DNA of 64,000 nucleotides, taken from Macrostomum lignano (taxonomy: Eukaryota). The notes under the pieces were generated by a model. The model did not search any database. It worked only from the letters and a program-made list of their open reading frames with translations, and had not been told where the DNA came from. The stretch covers positions 124,001-188,000 of the forward strand of contig NIVC01000712.1 in the NCBI GenBank assembly GCA_002269645.1. Reading direction: 5' to 3'. Below are positions 38,701 through 51,200 of the stretch, piece by piece. Positions within the stretch are counted from its first letter, which is position 1. Each line of letters begins with the position of its first letter. The translations under genes and the position numbers were made by a program.

Positions 38701-41700
38701 CCATCATTACATTAAGGTGCCACCAGGTCAAACATTAAAGAGCCACCATGTCTAACATTAAAGAGTCACCATGTCGAACATTAAAGAGCCACCATGTCAA
38801 ACATTAAAGAGCCACCATGTCTAACATTAAAGAACCACCATGTCGAACATTAAAGTGCAACCATGTCAAACATAAAACAGCCAACATTTCGAAAATTAAA
38901 GAGCCACCATGTCAAACATTAAAGAGCCACCATGTCGAACATTAGAGAGCCACCATGTCAAACATAAAACAGACACCATTAAGAACATTAAAGAGCCACC
39001 ATGTCGAACATTAAAGAGCCACCATGTAGAACATAAAACAGCCACCATTTCGAAAATTAAAGAGCCACTATGTCAAACATTAAAGGGCCACCATGTCAAA
39101 CATTAAAGAGCCACCATGTCAAACATAAAACAGACACCATTAAAAACATTAAAGAGCCACCATGTCGAACATTAAAGAGCCACCATGTCAAACATAAAAC
39201 AGCCACCATTTCGAAAATTAAAGAGCCACTATTTCAAACATTAGGGAGCCACCTTGTCAAAAATTAAAGAGCCACCATGTCGAACATTAAAGAGCCACCT
39301 TATCAAACATTAAAGAGCCACCATGTCGAACATAAAAGAGCCACCATGTAGAACATAAAATAGTCACCATTACAAACATGAAAGTGCCACCATGTAAAAC
39401 ATTAAAGAGCCACCATGTCTAACATTAAAGAGCCACCAGGTCAAGCATATACATGACTCCATGTCAAACATTGAAGAGCCACCATGTCGAACATAAAAGG
39501 GCCACCATGTCAAATATTAAAGAGCCACCATGTCGAACATTAGAGAGCCACCATGTCAAACATAAAACAGACACCATTAAGAACATTAAAGAGCCACCAT
39601 GTCAAACATTAAAGAGCCACCATGTAGAACATAAAACAGCCACCATTTCGAAAATTAAAGAGCCACTATGTCAAACATTAAAGGGCCACCATGTCAAACA
39701 TTAAAGAGCCACCATGTCAAACATAAAACAGACACCATTAAAAACATTAAAGAGCCACCATGTCGAACATTAAAGAGCCACCATGTCAAACATAAAACAG
39801 CCACCATTTCGAAAATTAAAGAGCCACTATTTCAAACATTAGGGAGCCACCTTGTCAAAAATTAAAGAGCCACCATGTCGAACATTAAAGAGCCACCTTA
39901 TCAAACATTAAAGAGCCACCATGTCGAACATAAAAGAGCCACCATGTAGAACATAAAATAGTCACCATTACAAACATGAAAGTGCCACCATGTAAAACAT
40001 TAAAGAGCCACCATGTCAAACATTAAAGAGCCACCAGGTCAAGCATATACATGACTCCATGTCAAACATTGAAGAGCCACCATGTCGAACATAAAAGGGC
40101 CACCATGTCAAATATTAAAGAGCCACCATGTCAAACATTAAAGAGCCACCAGGTCAAACATGAAAGTGCCACCATGTGAAATATTAAAGAGCCACCATGT
40201 CAAACATTAAAGAGCCACCAGGTCAAACATGGAAGAGCCACCATGTAAAACATTAAAGAGCCACCATGTCGAACATTTAAGAACCACCATGTCAAACATA
40301 AAATAGCCACCATGTGAAACATATGCGTGACTCCATGTAAAACATTAAAGAGCTACCATATCAGACATATACATGACTCCATGTCAAACATATACGTGAC
40401 TCCATGTTAGACATTAAAGAGCCACAATGTCGAACATTAAAGAGCTAACATGTTAAAAATACAAGAGCCACCATGTCAAACATATACATGACTCCATGTC
40501 AAACATTGAAGAGACACAATGTCTAACATTAAAGAGCCACCATGGCAAACATATACATGACTCCATGTCAAACGTTAAAGAGACACCAAGTTTAACATTA
40601 AAGAGCCACCATGTCGAACATTAAAGAGCCACCATGTCAAACATTAAAGAGCCACCATGTCTAACATTAAAGAGCCACCATGTCGAACATAAAACAGAGC
40701 CACCATGTCAAACATAAAACAGCCAACATTTCGAAAATTAAAGAGCCACCATGTCAAACATTAAAGAGCCACCATGTTGAACATTATAGAGGCACCATGT
40801 CAAACATTAAACAGACACCGTTAAGAACATTAAAGAGCCACCATGTCGAACATTAAAGAGCCACCATGTAGAACATAAAACAACCACCATTTCCAAAATT
40901 AAAGAGCCACTATGTCAAACATTAAAGAGCCACCATGTCAAACATTAAAGAGCCACCATGTCAAGCATATACATGACTCCATGTCAAACATTGAAGAGAC
41001 ACCATGTCTAACATTAAAGAGCCACCATGGCAAACATATACATGACTCCATGTCAAACATTAAAGAGACACCATGTCAAACATTAAAGAGACACCATGTC
41101 AAACATTAAAGAGCCATAATGTCAAACATTAAAGAGCCACCATGTCGAACATTAAAGAGCCACCATGTCAAACATAAAAGAGCCACCATGTCAAACAGTA
41201 AAGAGCCACCAGGTCAAACATATACATGACTCCATGTCAAACATTAAAGAGCCGCAATGTCAAACATTAAAGAGCCATCATGTCTAACATTAAAGAACCA
41301 CCATGTCGAACATTACAGAGCCACCATGTCGAACATTAAAGAGCCACCATTTCAAACATTGAAGAGCCATCATTACATTAAGGTGCCACCAGGTCAAACA
41401 TTAAAGAGCCACCATGTCTAACATTAAAGAGTCACCATGTCGAACATTAAAAAGCCACCATGTCAAACATTAAAGAGCCACCATGTCTAACATTAAAGAA
41501 CCACCATGTCGAACATTAAAGAGCAACCATGTCAAACATAAAACAGCCAACATTTCGAAAATTAAAGAGCCACCATGTCAAACATTAAAGAGCCACCATG
41601 TCGAACATTAGAGAGCCACCATGTCAAACATAAAACAGACACCATTAAAAACATTAAAGAGCCACCATGTCGAACATTAAAGAGCCACCATGTCAAACAT

Positions 41701-43558
41701 AAAACAGCCACCATTTCGAAAATTAAAGAGCCACTATTTCAAACATTAGGGAGCCACCTTGTCAAAAATTAAAGAGCCACCATGTCGAACATTAAAGAGC
41801 CACCTTATCAAACATTAAAGAGCCACCATGTCGAACATAAAAGAGCCACCATGTAGAACATAAAATAGTCACCATTACAAACATGAAAGTGCCACCATGT
41901 AAAACATTAAAGAGCCACCATGTCAAACATTAAAGAGCCACCAGGTCAAGCATATACATGACTCCATGTCAAACATTGAAGAGCCACCATGTCGAACATA
42001 AAAGGGCCACCATGTCAAATATTAAAGAGCCACCATGTCAAACATTAAAGAGCCACCAGGTCAAACATGAAAGTGCCACCATGTGAAATATTAAAGAGCC
42101 ACCATGTCAAACATTAAAGAGCCACCAGGTCAAACATGAAAGTGCCACCATGTAAAACATTAAAGAGCCACCATGTCGAACATTTAAGAACCACCATGTC
42201 AAACATAAAATAGCCACCATGTGAAACATATGCGTGACTCCATGTAAAACATTAAAGAGCTACCATATCAGACATATACATGACTCCATGTCAAACATAT
42301 ACGTGACTCCATGTTAGACATTAAAGAGCCACCATGTCGAACATTAAAGAGCTAACATGTTAAAAATACAAGAGCCACCATGTCAAACATATACATGACT
42401 CCATGTCAAACATTGAAGAGACACAATGTCTAACATTAAAGAGCCACCATGGCAAACATATACATGACTCCATGTCAAACGTTAAAGAGACACCAAGTTT
42501 AACATTAAAGAGCCACCATGTCGAACATTAAAGAGCCACCATGTCAAACATTAAAGAGCCACCATGTCTAACATTAAAGAGCCACCATGTCGAACATAAA
42601 ACAGAGCCACCATGTCAAACATAAAACAGCCAACATTTCGAAAATTAAAGAGCCACCATGTCAAACATTAAAGAGCCACCATGTTGAACATTATAGAGGC
42701 ACCATGTCAAACATTAAACAGACACCGTTAAGAACATTAAAGAGCCACCATGTCGAACATTAAAGAGCCACCATGTAGAACATAAAACAACCACCATTTC
42801 GAAAATTAAAGAGCCACTATGTCAAACATTAAAGAGACACCATGTCAAACATTAAAGAGCCACCATGTCAAGCATATACATGACTCCATGTCAAACATTG
42901 AAGAGACACCATGTCTAACATTAAAGAGCCACCATGGCAAACATATACATGACTCCATGTCAAACATTAAAGAGACACCATGTCAAACATTAAAGAGACA
43001 CCATGTCAAACATTAAAGAGCCATAATGTCAAACATTAAAGAGCCACCATGTCGAACATTAAAGAGCCACCATGTCAAACATAAAAGAGCCACCATGTCA
43101 AACATAAAAGAGCCACTATGTCAAACAATAAAGAGACACCATGTCAGACATTAAGAAAACCCCGAATCAAACATAAGAGAGCCACCATGTAGAACATAAA
43201 AGAGTCACCATGTCAAACATTAAAGAGCCACTAAGTCAAACATAAAATTTACACAATTTCAAACGTAAAAGTAAGCGTCATGCCAATTTTAAAGGAGCCA
43301 CTATAGAGCTAAGGAAATTGTAGCACTAGCTACTTATTTTATGGTGGATGCTTACTTTTTCGGGATGCTTGCTATCTGGGGGATGCTTGCAATCTGGGGG
43401 ATGCTTGCTGTCTTGGGATGATTTCTTTTTGCATTACACTTTATTTGAGCAGTTTGTCTGTCGTCTTTGTGAAGGCTTTATTTGGCTGTCTTTTTGTTAC
43501 TTGTAGAGAATAGAGATTCTATCCAGATGTCCCCCAACGGGGGGGCAAAGATTGCTAG
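32783..43558 (+). mobile_element. Non-autonomous Helitron-like element carrying a ~10-kb satellite array
   Basis: Begins with TC directly after an A (32782). Ends with a GC hairpin (GTCCCCC-AAC-GGGGGGGC, 43529-43546), then 8 nt, then CTAG (43555-43558), followed by T. No TSD. There is a 5' hairpin AATCTATCGC-AAGCTAT-GCGATAGATT. No Rep/helicase ORF was seen. Confidence 0.72.
33350..43290. repeat. 23-bp satellite (CATTAAAGAGCCACCATGTCRAA)n, ~430 monomers, with higher-order structure
   Basis: Continuous array. Identical blocks recur at an offset of 598 bp (26 monomers; 39070 vs 39668) and near-identical blocks at 1907 bp (40912 vs 42819). Confidence 0.97.
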
Positions 43559-44466
43559 TCTATACTAATGATGATATCTATATGAAACTTTTTAAACATA
43601 TTCTTGACAAAATAATCTTTCATTCAAAATATTGGTTTAGTATATTCTATTATTAGATTTCATTTTATAAGTAAAATAGTCTGTCATGTTACAACCATAA
43701 TTATATGGAATGGCCCATTAGATTAATTGTTATATTGTCTATATTTGCCACATTAGGTCTAGATACAAAATTTATATAGGCCTATATTAAAAACAATTTA
43801 TATATTTGTTTTTGATTGTTATTTGTAAACATTGTTTTAATAAAATAGTAAATAAATTAAGCATTTGCTTAGGCATAAAAATTGGTAGGCCTATATACTT
43901 GAAAATCAAAGGTATAAAAATTAGCTCAATAAATTAATGTAAACTGTCATTATATCATCTTCTTAGCTAGGCTTTACTATAAACTATAGACTTATTAAAA
44001 AGCCTTTTTGGATATTAAAACCAAGGGTAAAATTTATATTTTGAGTACTAAGAGGCTAGGCCTAACAAAAATAAAGATTCCAAAATGCAAAGCAACTCCT
44101 ATAGCTATATTATATTTATTAAAAATTAGCAACTTTGCTATGCCTATGTTTAGTATTTTGATTTTTAGACCATAATATACGATATATATTATTATAGATA
44201 ATAGGCCTAGTCTAGCTCCAGCAACTAGTGTAATAAATTGAAAAACTACTTTGTATACTAGTATACTAGGCCTAACCAAGTCTAACGCTTAATTGTAGGC
44301 CTATATAGCAAAGAGAAAGAAAATTGACTTAGTCTTTGTTTAATATTTTTTAGCATTTTATCTAGGTCTACGCTCCCTACAACATTTTAAGAGCTATCTC
44401 AGTCTAGGTAAAGACTTTAGCATAGTGTGATCATTGGTTTAGACTTAGTTGGATATAATTTAACAT

Positions 44467-45839
44467 GGTTCTTAGACACTTCGTCAATTACCACTTTGTC
44501 ATCTACTCTTATTGTTGGACACTGTCATCTTACCACTTTGTTATCCACATTACTAATGTGGACACTTTGTCATCTACTCCCTAGACACATATTTTATCAT
44601 CCACTTTTTATATGAAAAACTTTGCTATATGTAACATGTATACTCATACATGCAACTACATGTATAAATATAAAGATTGGCTACCTGCGGCTAGATGGCT
44701 GGCAGCTTTACCTGCTGCTGGATGGCTAGTAGCTAGATGACTGGTGGCTCACCTCAATAGCATGTGCAGCTCCATGGAAAGTTCCCTTGGCTAGACAGCT
44801 CTCAATATTCTTCCTTAGAAATTCCTGTGCTACAATGCAGCCAATGGTGCTGCCATTGCTAACAAATGTCACATTGAAGCGCTTGCTGTTTTTTGCTAAC
44901 TGGCTCTTGGCAAAAATGCAGATGTCTGCCATTTTCACTTATAAACTAGCTGTTTCTTACATGTATTTGCTTTTTATAAATGATTTCATGCACCATCTTA
45001 TATTTATAATAAAATTCTAGGTGGGGGTAGGCTGGCCACTTTAGTCTTAGGGGGTAAAATGACCATCTCTGTACTTGCACTATACCCCTCTTAGATCTGC
45101 CACTGTAGTTAGTTGGTTGGAAAACTAGCACGTTGCACTCATAGACACACATACATATATGGCTTAGCACATTTAGGGGATGAAAATGCTTTAGCTTAGA
45201 CTATATGCATATGAAGGGTTCGGTTGGTTAAATCCTTATAGGTAGAGCAAGAAAAAATCCATTATGTAACATCACTCTAGCTCAGATTATATGGGGTTGT
45301 GATTCAAGGGTTGGTTAAGTCCCTACAGATAGAGCAAGGAAAAATCCATGGCCATATACTTTGTTGCCTCCCCTAGGTTGTATATTATTATAGAAGTGAT
45401 AATACCAATTTTAGGCTTTAGCAAGGAAGCAAAAATAACTATTAGAGCTTGGCAAGTTTGAAAATAGAATAAAATTACAATGAGCACTAGTATCTATATG
45501 TACATACTCATACATTAAATGCAAACTGCATATACATTGTGTACATTGGATGCCAATTATATTTATAGCGACAAGTTGAATCTCTAAGTGTGTATTTAAT
45601 CCTATATTTTATAGACTAAATTGATTGAATAGGCCTAACAATTTATAAAAAATAACAATCGAATAACAATTTACAGCCTTGCTAAAGCTTGGGATGACAA
45701 AGTGTCCTCAAAATTTGGTCACTTTGTCTTTATCATCTAGATTTACTAACAATTTTTTGATATGACAAAGTGTCCAAAAACCATGGTCACTTCGTCATCG
45801 AGATGACGAAGTGGTTAGATGACGAAGTGTCCAGGAACC
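44467..45839. mobile_element. Mutator-like non-autonomous element, 1373 bp
   Basis: TIRs GGTTCTTAGACACTTCGTCA... / ...TGACGAAGTGTCCAGGAACC with subterminal CACTTYGTCATC repeats. Flanked by 9-bp ATTTAACAT (44458-44466) and ATTTAACAC (45840-45848), one mismatch. Confidence 0.78.
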
Positions 45840-46032
45840 ATTTAACACGGCCTAAACCCTAGACTAATTGGCACAAAAATTGGCATGCCTACTTTAGAAG
45901 GGTTACCACTACTAGTCACTTTAGCAATAAGACATTTTGGTAACAGACACTTCAGCAAAAATTTATGGACTTTCGCCGATGTGACTGGCACCCGATAAGA
46001 TAGGCCCTTAATATTCTAAATGGAAATGGTGC

Positions 46033-46917
46033 CAGTGTTGGGCACCAGTCCGTTAATAAGCGTTAATCCGTTAATAAGCGTTAATAAGCGTTAAGATTTT
46101 TCATTAACGTTAACGGTCTGTCGTTAAGATTTTTTTGAACTAACGGATTAACGAATTTGCGTTAAAAATTTTGTAAATTAACGATAAATTTATCGTTAAC
46201 GGTAGTGTCTATGTTAATGACCAAAGACGCAAAGAAGGAACGAAAAATAGAAGTCTTACAAGAAGTTTAAACATTACGAACGTATTTGAGCTTACCTATA
46301 TGCCTAAATATAATCTCTTTATTTATGACGATGATCATACAGACGTACATGTAATTAACAACTTCTTACAAATAAACTTTAAAATAATGAATTAAAATAG
46401 TGTGAAACTTTATTTCTTGCGCGTGAGCATCGATCGCTTTGATTCACTTCTGTCCCAATCTTTCGCAACTTTCTGCTGCGCCTGCTAATGGTACTGAAAC
46501 AACCTTCCTATGCGTATTTAATTATGAATTTCTCGTTATTAGCTTTTAAGTTTCAAATAAAATAAGTTACTTTTTTACCATATGCTTTACTTTTAGTAGT
46601 ATTATGCATGCAAGTTTTTAAAATGATTATTTATTACTTTTTTAGCTTTCAAATCGCTTAGATGACCTCTGTGTTTCGCTAAAAAGATGGAATAGCAAAG
46701 ACGTGCATTACGAAGTCTGTTTTTGGAAAAAAAACGTGCAAGATTTCCGTATTTTCCGTGTTAACTTTAACGGATTAACGCTTATTAACGATTATCAGTT
46801 AACTTTCAGTTAACTTAACGAAATTTAGGAGTTAAAAAGTTAAGATTGTTTTGTTTTAACGCTAACGCTTTTGCTATTAACGGAAGTTAATATTTTCATT
46901 AACGGTGCCCAACACTG
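46033..46917. mobile_element. hAT-type MITE, 885 bp
   Basis: TIRs CAGTGTTGGGCACC / GGTGCCCAACACTG; perfect 8-bp TSD AATGGTGC (46025-46032, 46918-46925); subterminal CGTTAA/TTAACG repeats. Confidence 0.92.
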
Positions 46918-47571
46918 AATGGTGCTCTATGCCTATATGCAAGCCAAATCCTAATGTAGGCCTACCTACAATACAACTACAATACATACAACTATGTGGG
47001 GCTTAAAAGTGGGGCCTACAGCTATCAGTATACAACTTGTGAAGATCTATTTGACGAATTGAACTGACCCTTCATTGCCTTTAAAAGTAGGACGCAATGA
47101 GAATACTTAATATCCTAGAGTCATATAGACCAAGCAAGCAGATTCAGCATGCCTAGTAGAAAACTAAAAATGAAGTTAACCTATCAATTTAAACTTGCGC
47201 GAGAGAATTCCTGGCAAGCACGGCGAAAGCGTTTATAATCAATTGTTCAATTTTCTTTGTGATGTAGAAACAAATTAAAGCCAAATCAATCAGATTCATT
47301 AGGGTCAATAGGAGTCCAGGTTCCCAGAATTTTAATTTGTTAGTAAGCTGAGATAGTTAACGTGATGTGAACACTGATAGAATTGATCAGCTGAGAGACA
47401 TAGTGATCGAGTACGGGCAAATGTTCGGTGAAAAAAACTCGGCGGGCAATTCACTCGCAGGCAACACTCACAGGAAAAATTCACTTCAGGCAAATCAAGG
47501 ACCACTCAAGGACCTTGGGGCAAGCAAATCTCGGCGGGCAGTTTGTCTGCGGGCAATTCTCATGGACCCAA

Positions 47572-48200
47572 GCGAAAATACGCGTCTTCCTGCTTACTGC
47601 CGGCCTTAAATGTCTAAGCAACTAGCTGTTAATGTTAAATCTAAAGTTCATACATTCACATGTAGTTGATTCCGTTCAGTCCAAATTCCGCAGACTAATC
47701 AATCAGCAGTCTAGCGGCTATCGCGGTTAAAAGTTTTTTAAGTTCAACTGAGTCCACAATAATCTGCAATACGTACGTTGATAGCATAAATAGAAATGAG
47801 TTGTGCGTAGAGGGGATCTCCATAGCATCGAAAAAGCACCCCCACAGCTCGAGAAAAATTTTATTTTAAAATCAAAGTCGAAAAAAAACAAAATGTTGAG
47901 AGTCTGCGACTGCTTCGACCTCTCAACTCGTCGTGTTTGCCATTTTGATGCTTCTTGTGGCCGTCCTCGCTCAGATAACGCTCGATCTTTTGTTGATTGT
48001 TGCATTTGAAGCGAAAGTTGACAATTTCTTTAAGGATCGATTATGTATCTGTTTATTACGAAAATTTAGTATCAGTGAGAATGTAACGCTTTAGCAAGGT
48101 TGCAAATTTGCAGTTACAAAGGTTGCAGTTGCAAGGTTGCAAGTTTCCCTCCAGAAAATCAATCAAAGAGGTGACTAAAATATAAGGTAGACAAAGAGAC
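47572..48200 (+). pseudogene. 5' part of an inverted, inactivated paralog of the secreted-protein gene at 54535-55790 (promoter, exon 1 and exon 2 relics)
   Basis: 47572-48200 aligns with the reverse complement of ~55510-56268. The exon 1 relic 47893-47974 is frameshifted and its donor is changed (CAG|ATAACG vs CAG|GTAGCG). TATATAAA is replaced by CCTTAAA. The exon 2 relic (~48146-48186) is partly lost. No exon 3 copy was found. Confidence 0.8.
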
Positions 48201-48204
48201 AGCT

Positions 48205-51200
48205 CGGCGCCCACAGACAGCAGGGGCGCTCACAAAGAGACAAAGGCTCCCACAAAGAGACAGGGGCGCCCACAAAGAGACAGGGGCGCCCACAAAGAGA
48301 CAGGGGCGCCCACAAAGAGACAGGGGCGCCCACAAAGAGACAGGGGCGCCCACAAAGAGACAGGGGCTCCCACAAAGAGACAGGGGCGCCCACAAAGAGA
48401 CAGGGGCGCCCACAAAGAGACAGGGGCGCCCACAAAGAGACAGGGGCGCCTACAAAGAGACAGGGGCGCCCACAAAGAGACAGGGGCGCCCACAAAGAGA
48501 CAGGGGCGCCCACAAAGAGACAGGGGCGCCCACAAAGAGACAGGGGCGCCCACAAAGAAACAGGGGCGTTCACCAAGAGACAGGGGCGTTCACCAAGATA
48601 CAGGGGCGTTCACCAAGAGACAGGGGCGCCCACAAAGAGACAGGGGCGCCCACAAAGAGACAGGGGCGCCCAAAAAAGTGACAGGGGCGCCCACAAAGAG
48701 ACAGGGGCATTCACCAAGAGACAGGGGCGTTCACCAAGAGACAGGGGCGTTCACCAAGAGACAGGGGCGCCCACAAAGAGACAGGGGCGCCCACAAAGAG
48801 ACAGGGGCGCCCACAAAGAGACAGGGGCGCCCAAAAAAGTGACAGAGGCGCCCACTAAGAGACAGGGGCATTCACCAAGAGACAGGGGCGTTCACCAAGA
48901 GACAGGGGCGCCCACAAAGAAACAGGGGCGCCCACAAAGAAAAAGGGGCACCAAAAAAAGAAAACAGGGGCGCCCACCAAGAGACAGTGGCGCCCACTAA
49001 TTAGAGACAGGGGCGCCCACAAAGAGACAGGGGCGCCCACCAAGAGACAGGGGCGTTCACCAAGAGACAGGGGCGTTCACCAAGAGACAGGGGCGTTCAC
49101 CAAGAGACAGGGGCACCCACAAAGAAACAGGGGCGCCCACAAAGAGACAGGGGCGCCCACAAAGAAACAGGGGCGTTCACCAAGAGACAGGGGCGTTCAC
49201 CAAGAGACAGGGGCGTTCACGAAGAGACAGGGGCGTTCACCAAGAGACAGGGGCGCCCACAAAGAGACAGGGGCGCCCAAAAAAGTGACAGGGGCGCCCA
49301 CAAAGAGACAGGGGCATTCACCAAGAGACAGAGGCGTTCACCAAGAGACAGGGGCGCCCACAAAGAAACAGGGGCGCCCACAAAAAAAAGGGGCACCAAA
49401 AAAGAAACAGGGGCGCCCACCAAGAGACAGTGGCGCCCACTAATTAGAGACAGGGGCGCCCACAAAGAGACAGGGGCGCCCACCAAGAGACAGGGGCGTT
49501 CACCAAGAGACAGGGGCGCCCACAAAGAAACAGGGGCGCCCACAAAGAGACAGGGCCGCCCACAAAGAGACAGGGGCGCCCACAAAGAGACAGGGGCTCC
49601 CACAAAGAGACAGGGGCGCCCACAAAGAGACAGGGGCGCCCACAAAGAGACAGGGGCGCCCACAAAGAGACAGGGGCGCCCACAAAGAGACAGGGGCGCC
49701 CACAAAGAGACAGGGGCGCCCACAAAGAGACAGGGGCGCCCACAAAGAGACAAGGGCGCCCACAAAGAGACAGGGGCGCCCACAAAGAGACAGGGGCGCC
49801 CACAAAGAGACAGGGGCGCCCACAAAGAGACAGGGGCGCCCACAAAGAGACAGGGGCGCCCACAAAGAAACAGGGGCGTTCACCAAGAGACAGAGGCGTT
49901 CACCAAGAGACAAGGGCGCCCACAAAGAAAAAGGGGCACCAAAAAAGAAACAGGGGCGCCCACAAAGAGACAGGGGCGCCCACAAAGAGACAGGGGCGCC
50001 CACAAAGAGACAGGGGCGCCCACAAAGAGACAAGGGCGCCCACAAAGAGACAGGGGCGCCCACAAAGAGACAGGGGCGCCCACAAAGAGACAGGGGCGCC
50101 CACAAAGAGACAGGGGCGCCCACAAAGAGACAGGGGCGCCCACAAAGAAACAGGGGCGTTCACCAAGAGACAGGGGCGTTCACCAAGATACAGGGGCGTT
50201 CACCAAGAGACAGGGGCGCCCACAAAGAGACAGGGGCGCCCACAAAGAGACAGGGGCGCCCAAAAAAGTGACAGGGGCGCCCACAAAGAGACAGGGGCAT
50301 TCACCAAGAGACAGGGGCGTTCACCAAGAGACAGGGGCGTTCACCAAGAGACAGGGGCGCCCACAAAGAGACAGGGGCGCCCACAAAGAGACAGGGGCGC
50401 CCAAAAAAGTGACAGAGGCGCCCACTAAGAGACAGGGGCATTCACCAAGAGACAGGGGCGTTCACCAAGAGACAGGGGCGCCCACAAAGAAACAGGGGCG
50501 CCCACAAAGAAAAAGGGGCACCAAAAAAGAAACAGGGGCGCCCACCAAGAGACAGTGGCGCCCACTAATTAGAGACAGGGGCGCCCACAAAGAGACAGGG
50601 GCGCCCACCAAGAGACAGGGGCGTTCACCAAGAGACAGGGGCACCCACAAAGAAACAGGGGCGCCCACAAAGAGACAGGGGCGCCCACAAAGAAACAGGG
50701 GCGTTCACCAAGAGACAGGGGCGTTCACCAAGAGACAGGGGCGTTCACCAAGAGACAGGGGCGTTCACCAAGAGACAGGGGCGCCCACAAAGAGACAGGG
50801 GCGCCCACAAAGAGACAGGGGCGCCCAAAAAAGTGACAGAGGCGCCCACTAAGAGACAGGGGCATTCACCAAGAGACAGGGGCGTTCACCAAGAGACAGG
50901 GGCGCCCACAAAGAAACAGGGGCGCCCACAAAGAAAAAGGGGCACCAAAAAAGAAACAGGGGCGCCCACCAAGAGACAGTGGCGCCCACTAATTAGAGAC
51001 AGGGGCGCCCACAAAGAGACAGGGGCGCCCACCAAGAGACAGGGGCGTTCACCAAGAGACAGGGGCACCCACAAAGAAACAGGGGCGCCCACAAAGAGAC
51101 AGGGGCGCCCACAAAGAAACAGGGGCGTTCACCAAGAGACAGGGGCGTTCACCAAGAGACAGGGGCGTTCACCAAGAGACAGGGGCGTTCACCAAGAGAC

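Larger units (their letters stand above)
32164..43717. mobile_element. PIF/Harbinger-type MITE (same family as 7184-7972, opposite orientation), split by a 10.8-kb insertion
   Basis: TTA|GGCGCATTCCATATAAG at 32164 and TTATATGGAATGGCCCA|TTA ending at 43717. The segments 32164-32782 and 43559-43717 (778 bp together) align collinearly with the reverse complement of 7184-7972 (789 bp). Confidence 0.85.

Noticed and set aside
33350-43290. Many 60-80 aa ORFs (MSNIKEPPCRTLKSHHVKH...) that look like His/Cys-rich repeat proteins
   Set aside because: They are three-frame translations of the 23-bp monomer (23-aa period), with frequent stops and no splice or start context.
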